A DNA stretch of 64,000 nucleotides from an uncultured delta proteobacterium (GCA_963789395.1 CAWBKP010000015.1:1-64000); one strand, 5' to 3'; shown: positions 31,336 through 41,705, numbered from the stretch's first letter. Notes: generated by a model not told the origin, from the sequence alone. Made by a program: numbers and translations.

Positions 31336-33238
31336 CTTACATTCCGCACCTTTCACGTCACTAAACGGAGTATTTTTTTGCTTTGCTAAGGAACTATAAA
31401 TATTTTTGATGTTAGGCCCAGTGCCTTGAGGTATTCGATGTGTACAGGCTTCAGTGCTCGTGCCAGTTTGCGTTCCTTGCCCTGCTTAACGAGCAATACA
31501 GACGAGAATTTTGTAGTCATCATAAAAGCTGTGGGCTTGCGGGTGGGTCGATCTTTCCAGCCTGTAATCCCAGGACTACTATTGTTCTTCTCGACATACT
31601 GTTGCATGCAGCGTTCCATCAGGCGCCAAATTAAAAGAGAGATCAACAGAATCAAGCCCAACACTTCGATGCGCTCAGGCTTTTTCAGAAAGATGCTATT
31701 GACGATCACCGGATCTTTTAGAAAACTAAAGTTTTTCTCGATGCCGTTTTGCTCTTTGTAGAGTTGCAGGAGCTTATCGGCTGGCCATTCCTTGATCTGT
31801 TGGTCAGTGGACAGGTTGGTGAGAAGGACAAAGCAACCGGCTTCAAGGCGTAGCGGCTTAACCGCTTGATCGTTCTCATCGATGTTGTAGCTGAGAATGT
31901 ACTGGTAACCCTGCGGTACGCGGGGTTGACCATTAGCCGGGCGGCCGCGTCCGTACTTGGCTTTTTCCTCGATCTGTATCTGCAGGGTGTGATATCCGCT
32001 TTTGGCAACGGCATGCATTTTTGAAGTGGCCACTTGAGCATCGTCTCTGCAGAAGAACGGTTTTGCGGCCGTATCCTTGCAGAGTTTCTCCAGTTGCTGG
32101 CGCTTGACTGCAAGTAGCCGATCGATGCGCTTATGGCGCCGTTTGTCATGGACACTGGAGTGCAGAACAATGGCACGGTAGTTGTTTTCATACAACTGGA
32201 CCTGAGTGTCAAAGGCCTTGTAGTATGCAGGCGGTCGTTTGGCGCTACCGATAGATTCTGCCAAAGTGCCGATCCGTATCCATTCGTTTGTTGCCACAGC
32301 CTCCTGGATCACTCTTGAACACTCGCTGTAGTTGGACGGCAGACGACTGAGGATTTTGAGATTTCTCTGGCTGGACTTTTTTAGATTGTCTTCTGTGACA
32401 TAGGCCGCATCTGCCACGTAGATAAAAGCACCCGGCTCAAGGCCGTGTTGAGCCATGTGTTTTGCGATGTTTGAGAGCAGTTCGTTGTTGAGAGTCTTAT
32501 CTGAAGAGTTGCCATTGTGGCAGGCGCCCAAAAGTGGGATGTTACGTTCTACGCAGAGCATGGAGACCACAAACTGCTTCAAATCTGGCCGTTTGTCCTT
32601 ACTGTGTCCGTAAGTGAGTTCAAATGGTGGATCTTGGCAATCATAATCACCATAGACAGTGATGGAAGTGGTATCAAAGTGAAAGCAATTGGTTCGGACA
32701 TCAAAGACATCCAAGGCGTTCTGTATGATCTGAGCATAAATCTTCTGGGTGCCGGTCTCATAAATTTGATCCATCCCCCGGCCCACGTTGTAATCGGCAA
32801 AACACGCCGGATCAACCTCTTTGCCCAGAAGTAGCTCACTATCCTTTTCATCAAAGAACTCCTTGAGCCGGTATAGAGGACTACGGCCCGAAAGTGTATC
32901 AAGTACCATGGCTAAAACTGTTAGACCTGGTGAGATTTCCATTTGGCTACCGACCAATCGGTCGATAGTATCCACCAGGTTGATCCGATTGGCAAAGTGC
33001 TTAATAATAGGAAGGTGCCTGGCTTCAGTGTAGATCGGTTCCTCAAGAATGTGCTCTGACATTGTTGCTCTCCATCGCTATGTGTTAACGGTTGAGGGCA
33101 GTGTATCAGACTAGTAAAAGAATGTCTATCTATATTAGTTATTAGTTATAGATATCAATTGGTTAAGCTACTTTTTAGACTATTTTTAGGGAAGGAAAAA
33201 TAGACCGAGCAAACCCTCGGGGGGGTGCGGAAAGTAAG
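31336..33238 (-). mobile_element. IS1634-family insertion sequence (1903 bp)
   Basis: Terminal IRs CTTAC[A/T]TTCCGCACC; 6-bp target duplication TTCAAA (31330-31335, 33239-33244). Confidence 0.92.
31386..33062 (-). CDS. IS1634-family DDE transposase
   Basis: HFDTTS, YGHSKDKRPDLKQF, YVADA, YKEQNGIEKNFSFLK; intact 558 aa. Confidence 0.92.
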   Translation of the reverse strand: MSEHILEEPIYTEARHLPIIKHFANRINLVDTIDRLVGSQMEISPGLTVLAMVLDTLSGRSPLYRLKEFFDEKDSELLLGKEVDPACFADYNVGRGMDQIYETGTQKIYAQIIQNALDVFDVRTNCFHFDTTSITVYGDYDCQDPPFELTYGHSKDKRPDLKQFVVSMLCVERNIPLLGACHNGNSSDKTLNNELLSNIAKHMAQHGLEPGAFIYVADAAYVTEDNLKKSSQRNLKILSRLPSNYSECSRVIQEAVATNEWIRIGTLAESIGSAKRPPAYYKAFDTQVQLYENNYRAIVLHSSVHDKRRHKRIDRLLAVKRQQLEKLCKDTAAKPFFCRDDAQVATSKMHAVAKSGYHTLQIQIEEKAKYGRGRPANGQPRVPQGYQYILSYNIDENDQAVKPLRLEAGCFVLLTNLSTDQQIKEWPADKLLQLYKEQNGIEKNFSFLKDPVIVNSIFLKKPERIEVLGLILLISLLIWRLMERCMQQYVEKNNSSPGITGWKDRPTRKPTAFMMTTKFSSVLLVKQGKERKLARALKPVHIEYLKALGLTSKIFIVP

Positions 33239-34045
33239 TTCAAAAATCAGAGATTCCGTGTTATCGGTGTATCCACCAATATATTCTTTTCCTTGGTCAA
33301 CTACAGGGATCAAACCTTCTAACGCGTAGTCTTTTTTCTGTGTTTTCTCCCTCGCTTAACCTTCTTCAAAATTTCCCCAACCTTCACAATCTCCCACCCT
33401 TCCGGAATCCGGCCCAGGGGGGAATCGGTGAAGCGGGAGATCTGGTAACCGGGAAAGCGGAACTTGACGAACCACTCGAGGTAGAGGTTCTGCGCCATTT
33501 CCTCCAGAATCTTGATCCGCCGCAGGTTGTTCTCGATCAGGTCGTCGTAGACTGAGAGGATTGCGGCAATTTTCCGCTGCGCGGGGAGGGGGGGAATGGT
33601 GATTGGGAAATCAGGAAACTTGGCAATTGGGATTCTATCAACCGTAGAGCCAACCAACGTGTTCTGAGCAATAACATTTCTCCACTCTTGGCTGAAGAAA
33701 TAATAATACAATTCCGCAAATCTTGGAATCATCAGACCGAATCAAGGCCATTCGCCTACCGAGGCAACCACGAAAACCTTTTTGGAATCATGGCATATCG
33801 ATTCAGGGTGGCTTCGTAAGAAAAAACAATATCCCCATAACTTGGTTCAATGCGTTTAATCCATCGAGGGTATTCCTCTTCTGAAATATGACGAACATCG
33901 GAAAGATCAAGTTGACCTGTCTCACCTACATTCTTAATACCAAGAAAAATAGGACCTGACTCTGACGGCTTTGGAGTGGCATGCGGGCCATCGTACATCC
34001 CCGAATAGACTTCTCTTATCGGAATGGTTTGCCGTTTTAACACCA

Positions 34046-35157
34046 TCACTCTGCCTCCAGCAACTTGGCCACATTCTTGGCAATACCCTCTTTTCCCGGT
34101 TCTCCAGGCGCTTCCGAGCAAGGGCGATGGCTTTGCGAAGTTTCTCTTGCAGTACCTCTTTCGGCAGTGAATCGGTGAGGTATTCGGCAACATGGATGCC
34201 GGAACGGCCCAGCTCCAGCAGTTCAATCTGCTCCTGCTTCTTGCCGGCGCAGAGGATCATGCCCAGGGGCGCATCTTCACCCTCGCGGCGCTCGTATTTA
34301 TCCAGCCAGTGCAGGTAGAGCTCCATCTGTCCCTTGAATGCGGGCTTGAATTCACCCAGTTTGAGTTCAATTGCCACCAGCCGGCGCAAGCGCCGATGGT
34401 AGAAGAGCAGGTCCATGTAGAAGTCATCGCCATCCAAGGTGATGCGCTTTTGGCGTTCGAGGAAGGCAAATCCAACGCCCAGTTCCAAGATGAATGATTC
34501 CATCTCGCGCAGAATGGCTGTCTCCAGATCTTTTTCGGCAAAGGTGTCCTTAAGTCCGAGAAAATCCAGCAGATAGGGATCGCGAAAGACCAGGTCCGGG
34601 ATAAGCTTATCGGTCTCGCGCAGCTTAGTCAGCTCCTGTTCGATGAGTTTTTCGGGCTTTTTCGACAGCGCCGTTCGTTCATAGAGCATGGAGCTGATCT
34701 TTTTTTCCAATGTCCTTGTGGACCAGCCTTCAATGCTGCAAATCTCGGCGTAGAAGGTGCGTTTGAGAGGGTCATCCATACTGATGAGCAGGCGAAAATG
34801 ACTCCAGCTTAATTTTGCACACAGCGCGTGCAAAATCGTTTCATCGAGAAATATTTCAGCGAATTTAACCATGTATGCAAGATTGCGTTCGTTCCAGCCG
34901 CGACCGTACTCGATCGTCAATTTTGCCGACAGTGTCGGCAAAATCTCCCGGCCGTATTCGGCGCGTTTCTCCTGAAGGACATCCTCTCGAATCCGCCTGC
35001 CCACGTTCCAATAGAGCATGGTCAGGGCCACGTTGACCTTCGTGGAGACGGCTTGCCGTGTCTCATCGATCATTCGGCGGAGGTCATTCAGCAGCGGGAG
35101 GGCCACGACCTTCTTTAAAGGCTTGATCCGAACCGAATCATGTTTTTTGATCGCCAT
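34046..35157 (-). CDS. YhcG/DUF1016 PD-(D/E)XK nuclease-domain protein
   Basis: YWNVGRRI, LSWSHF, RDPYLLDFLGL, LELGVGFAF, DLLFYHRRLRRLVAIELK; the true stop is probably 34046 after a one-base indel. Confidence 0.88.
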
Positions 35158-35430
35158 CACTCAGCCTCGAGCAAATTTGCCACATTCTCAGCGATTCGCG
35201 TTTCCAGTTCCCGAGCCTCGGCGTTGAGGACTTCCAGCTCCTCGTTCTGCTCCTCCAGCCGCACCTTGAAGTCAAAGTCGTCTTCCTCCCGGGTTGCAAC
35301 GCCCACATAGCGGCCGGGGTTGAGGCTCCAGCCCTGGGCTTCAATCTCTGCCAGAGTTGACACCTTGCACAGACCGGAAATATCGGCGTATTTGCCATCT
35401 GGGAAGCTTTCAGCCATCAGGTCATAGCCT
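35157..35430 (-). pseudogene. hsdM: 3' fragment of type I methyltransferase subunit M
   Basis: [37 protein letters not shown]; upstream turns to AT-rich non-coding DNA, no NPPF motif. Confidence 0.8.
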
Positions 35431-35510
35431 CCTTCCTGTTTTCTTTGAAATAACAGGAGGATAATGGCTTGTATGTCCATATCAGTCAATTGCCATTTTG
35501 TTACGTACAG

Positions 35511-35546
35511 CTTGCATATATGCATGAGTCTGGCCATATTTATGGA
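35511..35546 (+). repeat. Conserved island-boundary site, copy 3 (no intron)
   Basis: CTTGCATATATGCATGAGTCTGGCCATATTTATGGA aligns with 12797 (CTTGCATATAATCATAAATCCGGCCATCTTCAAGGA) and 3036. Confidence 0.7.
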
Positions 35547-35802
35547 TATTAACCCGGCAACTAAATACATAAATATTAGCAAGGGAGTTGAATTATAAAA
35601 CCTTACAAACATTGAATCTGGGGTAATGACTATTTTCTACTGGTCATCTATTTAATTGCCAGGTTAATACAGATGGTGTCATTCACATTCCTGACCCTCA
35701 TGCAACCGTAACAATTTTCAATCTGTAATCCACAGAAGTCTTTCATGCAAAAACACCTCTACATTTTTTTTCTTCCATTGCTTCCATAAGCTGTTATTCC
35801 AA

Positions 35803-35923
35803 CATTTATCGAGAATTACCCTATGATAAAGCCGACATGCCTGTCAAACGAATTGACACATTCCAATAGGGACATCGAGCACAGTAACTCATACGCATCG
35901 GAGACATCTTATGGGAGGAAGGC
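35803..35923 (+). repeat. ~120-bp direct repeat, copy 2
   Basis: See 25503-25626; contains the perfect palindrome TGTCAA-N5-TTGACA (35842-35858). Confidence 0.8.
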
Positions 35924-36029
35924 CACAGCCTCTTAATCGTGTCCTTTCGGCATAAGTGCTCAAATTATCCAGAATTCGATTTGGGGCCGTAGAGGTTAAG
36001 ACAGTATTTGCCGGTAGTGGATATTATGT

Positions 36030-36576
36030 AGGGGGAGACAACTGGATGGAAACCCATCGCGCCGATGAAAATCGGCCTGCAAATCGGGATGCGGATAGCG
36101 ACCAGTAGCTCGTCATCCCGTCACGGTATTTGATGACGGCGCTGATGCCGATCTGAAGAACCTGATCTCTGTAAAGGATTCCTTTCTAGAGCAATTTCCA
36201 ATGAAAGTGACAGAACGTCAGACCGGCGCCTGACAAAGAACGGAAGCAATCCAAAGGCCATATCCTCCCGCATTCCATTGCGGTAGTCGTCAAAGCGAAA
36301 AACATTCCAGTGGCCGGCTGGAGAGAGGTTAATTTCCCGATATCGAGAAGACCCATGGGCAGCGAGGAAGAGCTCGAAACATGTTTCTTCCCACAAGGCG
36401 TTCTTGCGGGCCGGCATATCTGAAGGCATGGGAATATCAACTGCCGCTAAATTGCCCAAAAGCGTAAACTGGATGGCAAGCCTGCTGGAACCCCTCGATA
36501 TTTCACCTGCGATCTTCAGCGGGGACAACAGACCTGCCTCCATAAATGGCTGAAGGGAAAACCGCCGGGAATTCAA
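36030..36576 (-). CDS. DOMON-like domain protein (C-terminal frameshift; end approximate)
   Basis: LWEETCFELFL..YREINLSPAGHWNVFRFDDYR; off-frame ADFHRRDGF tail. Confidence 0.7.
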
Positions 36577-36577
36577 T

Positions 36578-37507
36578 TCAGGAAACCACCCACAGGGCGC
36601 AGTTTGCCGACTTTCCCAGCACGCTCCGCGAGACGCTGCCCATAAAAAAAGCATTGCCGCCCCCCCGCCTTCCCACAACCACCGTCCCGTAATCCTCTGA
36701 CCTGGCTTCTTCTACAATGGCGCTGGCGATATTATACAGGCGCTCGACCATTTTCAGATGAATCTGACTGTCCTGAAAGCCTGCTTCCCTGAACCGCTGC
36801 AAGGCAAGTGAATAAAAATGATCGATGCAGCGTTTGTTGCCCTGTATCAGAATCTTGTCGATTGTCTCTGTCGGCTCCTCGATTTCGATCGGGCAAAAAT
36901 CGCTGAATCTGGGCATCACATGAAAAAGGGTGATCGCGATATCGGCATTGCCGGCCGTCATGAAACACAGATGATCAACGGCCCTCAGGGAGCTTTCGGA
37001 TCCGTCAACAGCAATCATGATGCGGGTTGAGGTGACCATGCCGTCAATGACCCATACCGGAATGATCCGGGAGTGCTCCAGAAGATTTGATGTGATGCTG
37101 CCCGCAAAGGTTTCCTGAAGCCGGGAAATTCCCCTTCGACCCACGACAATTGCGTCAAAGTGGCCTTGCTGGGCATATTCGATGATATCCTTGGCGCGTC
37201 CCAGTTTTTGGGGTTGGGTGACCACTTGAATATGGCCTGCATTGACTCCCAGATCCGTCATGCTTTTTTTGCATTTATCCAGCAATGCCCGTGAGGCTTG
37301 CTCATGTTTTCGCCCCAGATTAATAAGATCCAATTGTTTCAACCCATCGGATTTGGCCTCTTCCAGCAAAAAATGCGAGATGGACGGCTGGACATGATAC
37401 AACGTATAGGTAAGATTCTTTACCGCGGAAGAAATTTTTACGACATAGTGAATGGCGTTTCTGGAATGAATCGAATCGTCTACCGGAAGCAGTATGCTTT
37501 TTTTCAT
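36578..37507 (-). CDS. Tandem universal stress protein
   Basis: ILLPVDDS..VVGRRG..GSIT and IMIAVDGS..VVGRRG..MGSVS (two USP domains). Confidence 0.9.
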   Translation of the reverse strand: MKKSILLPVDDSIHSRNAIHYVVKISSAVKNLTYTLYHVQPSISHFLLEEAKSDGLKQLDLINLGRKHEQASRALLDKCKKSMTDLGVNAGHIQVVTQPQKLGRAKDIIEYAQQGHFDAIVVGRRGISRLQETFAGSITSNLLEHSRIIPVWVIDGMVTSTRIMIAVDGSESSLRAVDHLCFMTAGNADIAITLFHVMPRFSDFCPIEIEEPTETIDKILIQGNKRCIDHFYSLALQRFREAGFQDSQIHLKMVERLYNIASAIVEEARSEDYGTVVVGRRGGGNAFFMGSVSRSVLGKSANCALWVVS

Positions 37508-37529
37508 GGGTATCCTCTCTCTTATCACG

Positions 37530-38420
37530 CTATTGCGCTTCGCTTTTGGCTTTTTTGGATAAAATCATCTGATATGCGGCTTTTCGGGAGATGCCCAATT
37601 CGAGTGCAATTTTTCTGGCACGTTCACCAGGACTTTGGCGCCGGATCCATGAGAAACGCAGAGATATCTTGCTGCAGGGATTCTGCTGAAAGATTTTTAT
37701 CCTTGTTTTTCCCTGAAATCACTACGGAACATTCGCCTTTAATTTCTTTTCGAGCAGACAGATCCATCAGCATCTCTGAAATGGCGCCGCGAATAAATTC
37801 CTCATACCGTTTGGTCATTTCCCGGCAGACGACGCCGGAGCGATCCCCGAGAATCACCAGCACATCCTCTAAAAAAGAAAGAACCCGCTTTGGGGATTCG
37901 TAAAATATCAGGGTTCTGGATTCGGCTTCAATCTCTTTCAACAAGGCGGTTCGGCGGGCCTGTTTTTTGGGGGAAACCCCAAAAACATGAAGGCATCCGT
38001 GGGAAGTCCGGAAACACTAAGGGCTGTGATGGCAGCGGATACGCCAGGGACGGGAATCACCTTGACGCCTGCCTGAATCGCCGCAGAGATCAGCCGGTAT
38101 CCCGGATCCGATACAGACGGGGTTCCGGCATCTGAAACCAGCGCAATGGATGCGCCATTCAGAAGTTGCTGAATGAACCGGGGCGCACGTTCTGCCTCAT
38201 TGTGATCGTGATAGGAAACGAGCGGTGATGAGATCTGGTAGCGGGAAAGCATCAAGGCGGTGTGCCGGGTATCTTCCGCAGCCACCATGTCCACGCCGGA
38301 TAGCACTCTCAGCGCCCGAAGGGTGATATCCTCCAAATTGCCGATCGGAGTTGCCACCACGTAGAGCCCCCCCTTTTCAACACCTTGTGACGCATCAACG
38401 TCCGGCAAGTTCAAAGGCAT
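37530..38420 (-). CDS. rsmI: 16S rRNA C1402 2'-O-methyltransferase (two indels)
   Basis: LYVVATPIGNLEDIT, AAEDTR, SDAGTPSVSDPG, FYESPKR. Confidence 0.92.
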
Positions 38421-38766
38421 TTTTGATAAGCTCGATGGTATCCCGCCCGGAGTTAGAAAATATCGTCACCACATCAAAACGGGCCCGGGCATGGCTTTGG
38501 TGGGTGGACTTGAGATACTGAAGGGCTACTTTAGAAATCTTGCGTTGCTTTTGAAGGGTGACTGCATATTTTGGGTTGCCGAAAGACACGGAAGCTCTGG
38601 ATTTGACTTCAACAAAGGCAATGGTTTCTTTGTCTTTGGCAATGATATCGATTTCGCCCATGCGGGTGCGATAATTCTGCTCCACGATGCGGTATCCCTT
38701 CCGTTTTAAATAGATCACGGCGAGGGATTCATTGTTTTTCCCAAATACCTGAAAGGAATTGACCAT
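38395..38766 (-). CDS. yraN: YraN/UPF0102 family protein
   Basis: GEIDIIA..FVEVKSR..RFDVV. Confidence 0.9.
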   Translation of the reverse strand: MVNSFQVFGKNNESLAVIYLKRKGYRIVEQNYRTRMGEIDIIAKDKETIAFVEVKSRASVSFGNPKYAVTLQKQRKISKVALQYLKSTHQSHARARFDVVTIFSNSGRDTIELIKNAFELAGR

Positions 38767-39376
38767 GATTTGCCCACTCCTTTACCCCTTTAAAACTTTT
38801 CCGGTGTATGGGAGAACAGCCATACCGCCTGATGGCTTCTTTGTGAAACGGAGTCGGATATCCCTTGTGAACGGCGAAACCATATTCCGGATAGTCGTCG
38901 TGGTAGCGTTCCATCAGGCTGTCCCGGGTCACTTTTGCGATAATTGATGCGGCCGCGATGGAAATGCTCAAGGCATCTCCTTTGGGGATGGCTTCCTGCG
39001 ACAGTGAAACAGGCAGGCGGAAAATCCCGTCAATCAACACGTGTTCCGGAAGGGGAGAAAGGTTATCGACCGCCATGCGCATTGACAGCAGGGACGCCTT
39101 TAATATGTTCGTGCGGTCGATCTGGCAGGAATCCACAATGCCGATGCCGATGGCATCCGCATGTTCATATATCTGCTGATAAAGCGCCCGTCGTTTTTTA
39201 GGCGTCAGTTTTTTGGAATCCGTTACCCCCGGAACCGGAAAAGAAAACGGAAGAATCACGGCGGCCGATACTACCGGGCCGGCCAGGGGGCCCCTGCCGG
39301 CCTCATCAACGCCTGCGATGCGCATCAAGCCACTCCGGCGTGCCTGGCCCTCAAATCTCCACAGGTCAATGCCCAT
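38729..39376 (-). CDS. rnhB: Ribonuclease HII
   Basis: GVDEAGRGPLAGPV, DSKKL, AAASIIAKVTRD. Confidence 0.97.
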   Translation of the reverse strand: MGIDLWRFEGQARRSGLMRIAGVDEAGRGPLAGPVVSAAVILPFSFPVPGVTDSKKLTPKKRRALYQQIYEHADAIGIGIVDSCQIDRTNILKASLLSMRMAVDNLSPLPEHVLIDGIFRLPVSLSQEAIPKGDALSISIAAASIIAKVTRDSLMERYHDDYPEYGFAVHKGYPTPFHKEAIRRYGCSPIHRKSFKGVKEWANHGQFLSGIWEKQ

Positions 39377-39385
39377 GATGCCTTT

Positions 39386-39733
39386 TCAGGAACGGTCTTC
39401 TTTAATTCTGGCGGCCTTGCCCTTGAGTTTCCGGATATAATAAATCTTGGCGCGCCTGACAGCCCCTTTTGAAACCACTTCAATCCGGTCGATAATCGGT
39501 GAATGCAGCGGGAATATACGCTCAACGCCGATCCCGCCGTAAGAGATTTTCCTGACCATGAAGGTTGCATTGGTGGTGCCTCTGCGCTTGCTGATCACCA
39601 CACCTTCGAAAGCCTGAATACGCTCTTTTTCGCCTTCCTTGATTTTGACATGAACCCTTACCGTATCCCCGGCGGAAAATTGCGGCAGATCCAGCCGCAT
39701 CATTTCTTTTTCCAAAAGCTTGACAGTTTCCAT
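39386..39733 (-). CDS. rplS: 50S ribosomal protein L19
   Basis: [30 protein letters not shown]. Confidence 0.98.
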   Translation of the reverse strand: METVKLLEKEMMRLDLPQFSAGDTVRVHVKIKEGEKERIQAFEGVVISKRRGTTNATFMVRKISYGGIGVERIFPLHSPIIDRIEVVSKGAVRRAKIYYIRKLKGKAARIKEDRS

Positions 39734-39817
39734 AACTCCCCCAATAAATTGTTTTCTAACGATGTGACAGATTAATGTAAATGATCGGGATACCCCCCCC
39801 GATATTCATAGTCATTC

Positions 39818-40393
39818 CTACGATGGCCGTCCCAGCAGACGATCCAGAAATATGGACGCTGCGGAACGGACCGACAGGTGGTTATACTCCGCATTGCCGC
39901 GAATCGGCTCCAGAATATGGTCCGCCTGCGCCATGCAACCCTGCGAAAGTCCCCATGCCGTGCCAAATACCAGCAGATAGGGATTTCCTGTTTCCAGCAG
40001 TTCCCGAAACCGGGATATGGAAATGCCCCCTGCATGATCCCTGGCGCTGGTTACAACCGTACGGGGATATCTCTTTTCCCGCAAGGCGATGTCTTCGCAT
40101 GCTTTTTCCAGCGTATCCAGAATGCAGACCATTTCCAGGGCCTGGCATCGCTTGGGGTTATACACAGCCCCTGAACCGGTTGTCCAGTGCGACACCAGCG
40201 TCTTAACCAGCAACTGTTGGTCACCAAGCGGGGTAACGACATACAGGGCCTTGGCCCCATACGTTCTGGCAGCCCTTGCCATGTCATGAATATCCAGGTT
40301 GGTCACCGCGGATGCGATGATTTCCCCGCGCTTATTGACGACCGGGTAATGTGCCAGCGCCAGATATAGATTGGGACTGCAAAATTTGGTCAA
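39818..40393 (-). CDS. SPOUT RNA methyltransferase (TrmD-associated)
   Basis: LAHYPVVNK..TNLDIHDMAR..FGTAWGL..YNHLSVRSA. Confidence 0.85.
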   Translation of the reverse strand: MTKFCSPNLYLALAHYPVVNKRGEIIASAVTNLDIHDMARAARTYGAKALYVVTPLGDQQLLVKTLVSHWTTGSGAVYNPKRCQALEMVCILDTLEKACEDIALREKRYPRTVVTSARDHAGGISISRFRELLETGNPYLLVFGTAWGLSQGCMAQADHILEPIRGNAEYNHLSVRSAASIFLDRLLGRPS

Positions 40394-41120
40394 TGTCCAG
40401 ACGCCACTGTTGAAGAATTCGAACCTCAGCCAGTGTCAGCTGGCGCTGCATCAACAAATCCCTGCGTTTTAAAACCGTTCGGATCAGCGACGATTCCTGC
40501 CGCCATTTCTCAATCTGCGCATGATTACCAGAAAGCAATACATCCGGAACCGCTTCACCTTCGAAATTCGCAGGCCGCGTGTAATGGCCGTGTTCCAGAA
40601 GGCTATCGCTGAAGGAATCCTTCTGCGCGGATTCCTCGCCTCCGAGGGCACCGGGAATCAGCCGGATTACAGCTTCCATGAGTACCATTGCCGGCAGTTC
40701 TCCGCCGGTCAACACATAATCGCCGATTGATATTTCATCATCTACAAACTGCTGGCAGATTCGCTCATCAATGCCCTCGTAGCGGCCGCAAATCAAAATC
40801 AGTCCGGGCTGCACGGAAAGCTCCGCAGCAATTTCCTGATTAAACGCCCGGCCCTGCGGAGACAGATAGACGGTTCTGGCGCCTGGTGCGGTGTTTTCAG
40901 CCCACCGGATGGCGGCCGCCAGAGGCTCCGGTTTCATAACCATGCCGTTTCCCCCGCCATATGGACGGTCATCGGTCACCTGATGTCTGCCGGCGGCAAA
41001 TTCGCGGATATTTACAGCAGAAGCGGAAATGACGCCCTGCTCAATGGCTCGCCTGACAATGCCATGGTCCCAGAAAAGCTGGAACATTTCCGGAAAAATT
41101 GTCAATGCGACGAATTTCAT
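40332..41120 (-). CDS. trmD: tRNA (guanine37-N1)-methyltransferase
   Basis: DDRPYGGG, CGRYEGIDER, SIGDYVLTGGE. Confidence 0.97.
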   Translation of the reverse strand: MKFVALTIFPEMFQLFWDHGIVRRAIEQGVISASAVNIREFAAGRHQVTDDRPYGGGNGMVMKPEPLAAAIRWAENTAPGARTVYLSPQGRAFNQEIAAELSVQPGLILICGRYEGIDERICQQFVDDEISIGDYVLTGGELPAMVLMEAVIRLIPGALGGEESAQKDSFSDSLLEHGHYTRPANFEGEAVPDVLLSGNHAQIEKWRQESSLIRTVLKRRDLLMQRQLTLAEVRILQQWRLDIDQILQSQSISGAGTLPGRQ

Positions 41121-41177
41121 AAACGACTTCCAGAAACTGCCGGCTTCAGCCTTTTTTTCATATCGGCAGGTTGTCTT

Positions 41178-41690
41178 CTACAAGCCTTCAGGAAGATCCA
41201 CCCGCATGATCTTCCGGTCCAGATCAATTTCCAGAACAACCGAGGCAATGGCCGGAATCAGAATCTCACCGGCATCCGGGGTTTGCACCCCATATACATC
41301 ATTGCTGCCGGTCTCGATGAGGGATACGACAGTCCCGACAGGATGTCCATCGGCTGAAACCACCGACATCCCCACAATATCCGCCCAGTAATAGGTATCC
41401 GGTTCCAGTTCAGGCAGGCTGGATTTTTCCACCAGCAGATCAGAGCCCGGCAGCGTTTCAGCCGTGTTGCGATCAAAAACCCCTTTTAACAAGAGCAGCA
41501 GCATTCGCCCCTGGGGCCTGGCATCTGCTATCTCCGTCACACGGAGGTTGCCCTTGGCATCCCGAACGATTACGGAACAGCCAGGCGCCAATACCGAAAA
41601 CGATTCTGTCTCGCAGTGAATCTTGACATATCCCTTGATGCCATGGACACCGACGATTTTTCCAATGACCACACAGGTATCCGGATTCAT
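41178..41690 (-). CDS. rimM: 16S rRNA processing protein
   Basis: GVHGIKG, YYWADIVG, TGSNDVY, ILIPA. Confidence 0.95.
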   Translation of the reverse strand: MNPDTCVVIGKIVGVHGIKGYVKIHCETESFSVLAPGCSVIVRDAKGNLRVTEIADARPQGRMLLLLLKGVFDRNTAETLPGSDLLVEKSSLPELEPDTYYWADIVGMSVVSADGHPVGTVVSLIETGSNDVYGVQTPDAGEILIPAIASVVLEIDLDRKIMRVDLPEGL

Positions 41691-41705
41691 CCTGCTTCAG
41701 CAGCC

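Larger units (their letters stand above)
30931..34046 (-). pseudogene. hsdS: Type I R-M specificity subunit interrupted by IS1634
   Basis: [38 protein letters not shown]; removing the IS and one TSD restores ..TESLIFE|DLPLIVFGDHT.. Confidence 0.9.

Noticed and set aside
35700..35760. Possible fifth degenerate boundary site
   Set aside because: Only weak AT-rich similarity (AACAATT..CATGCAAA); not distinguishable from chance by eye
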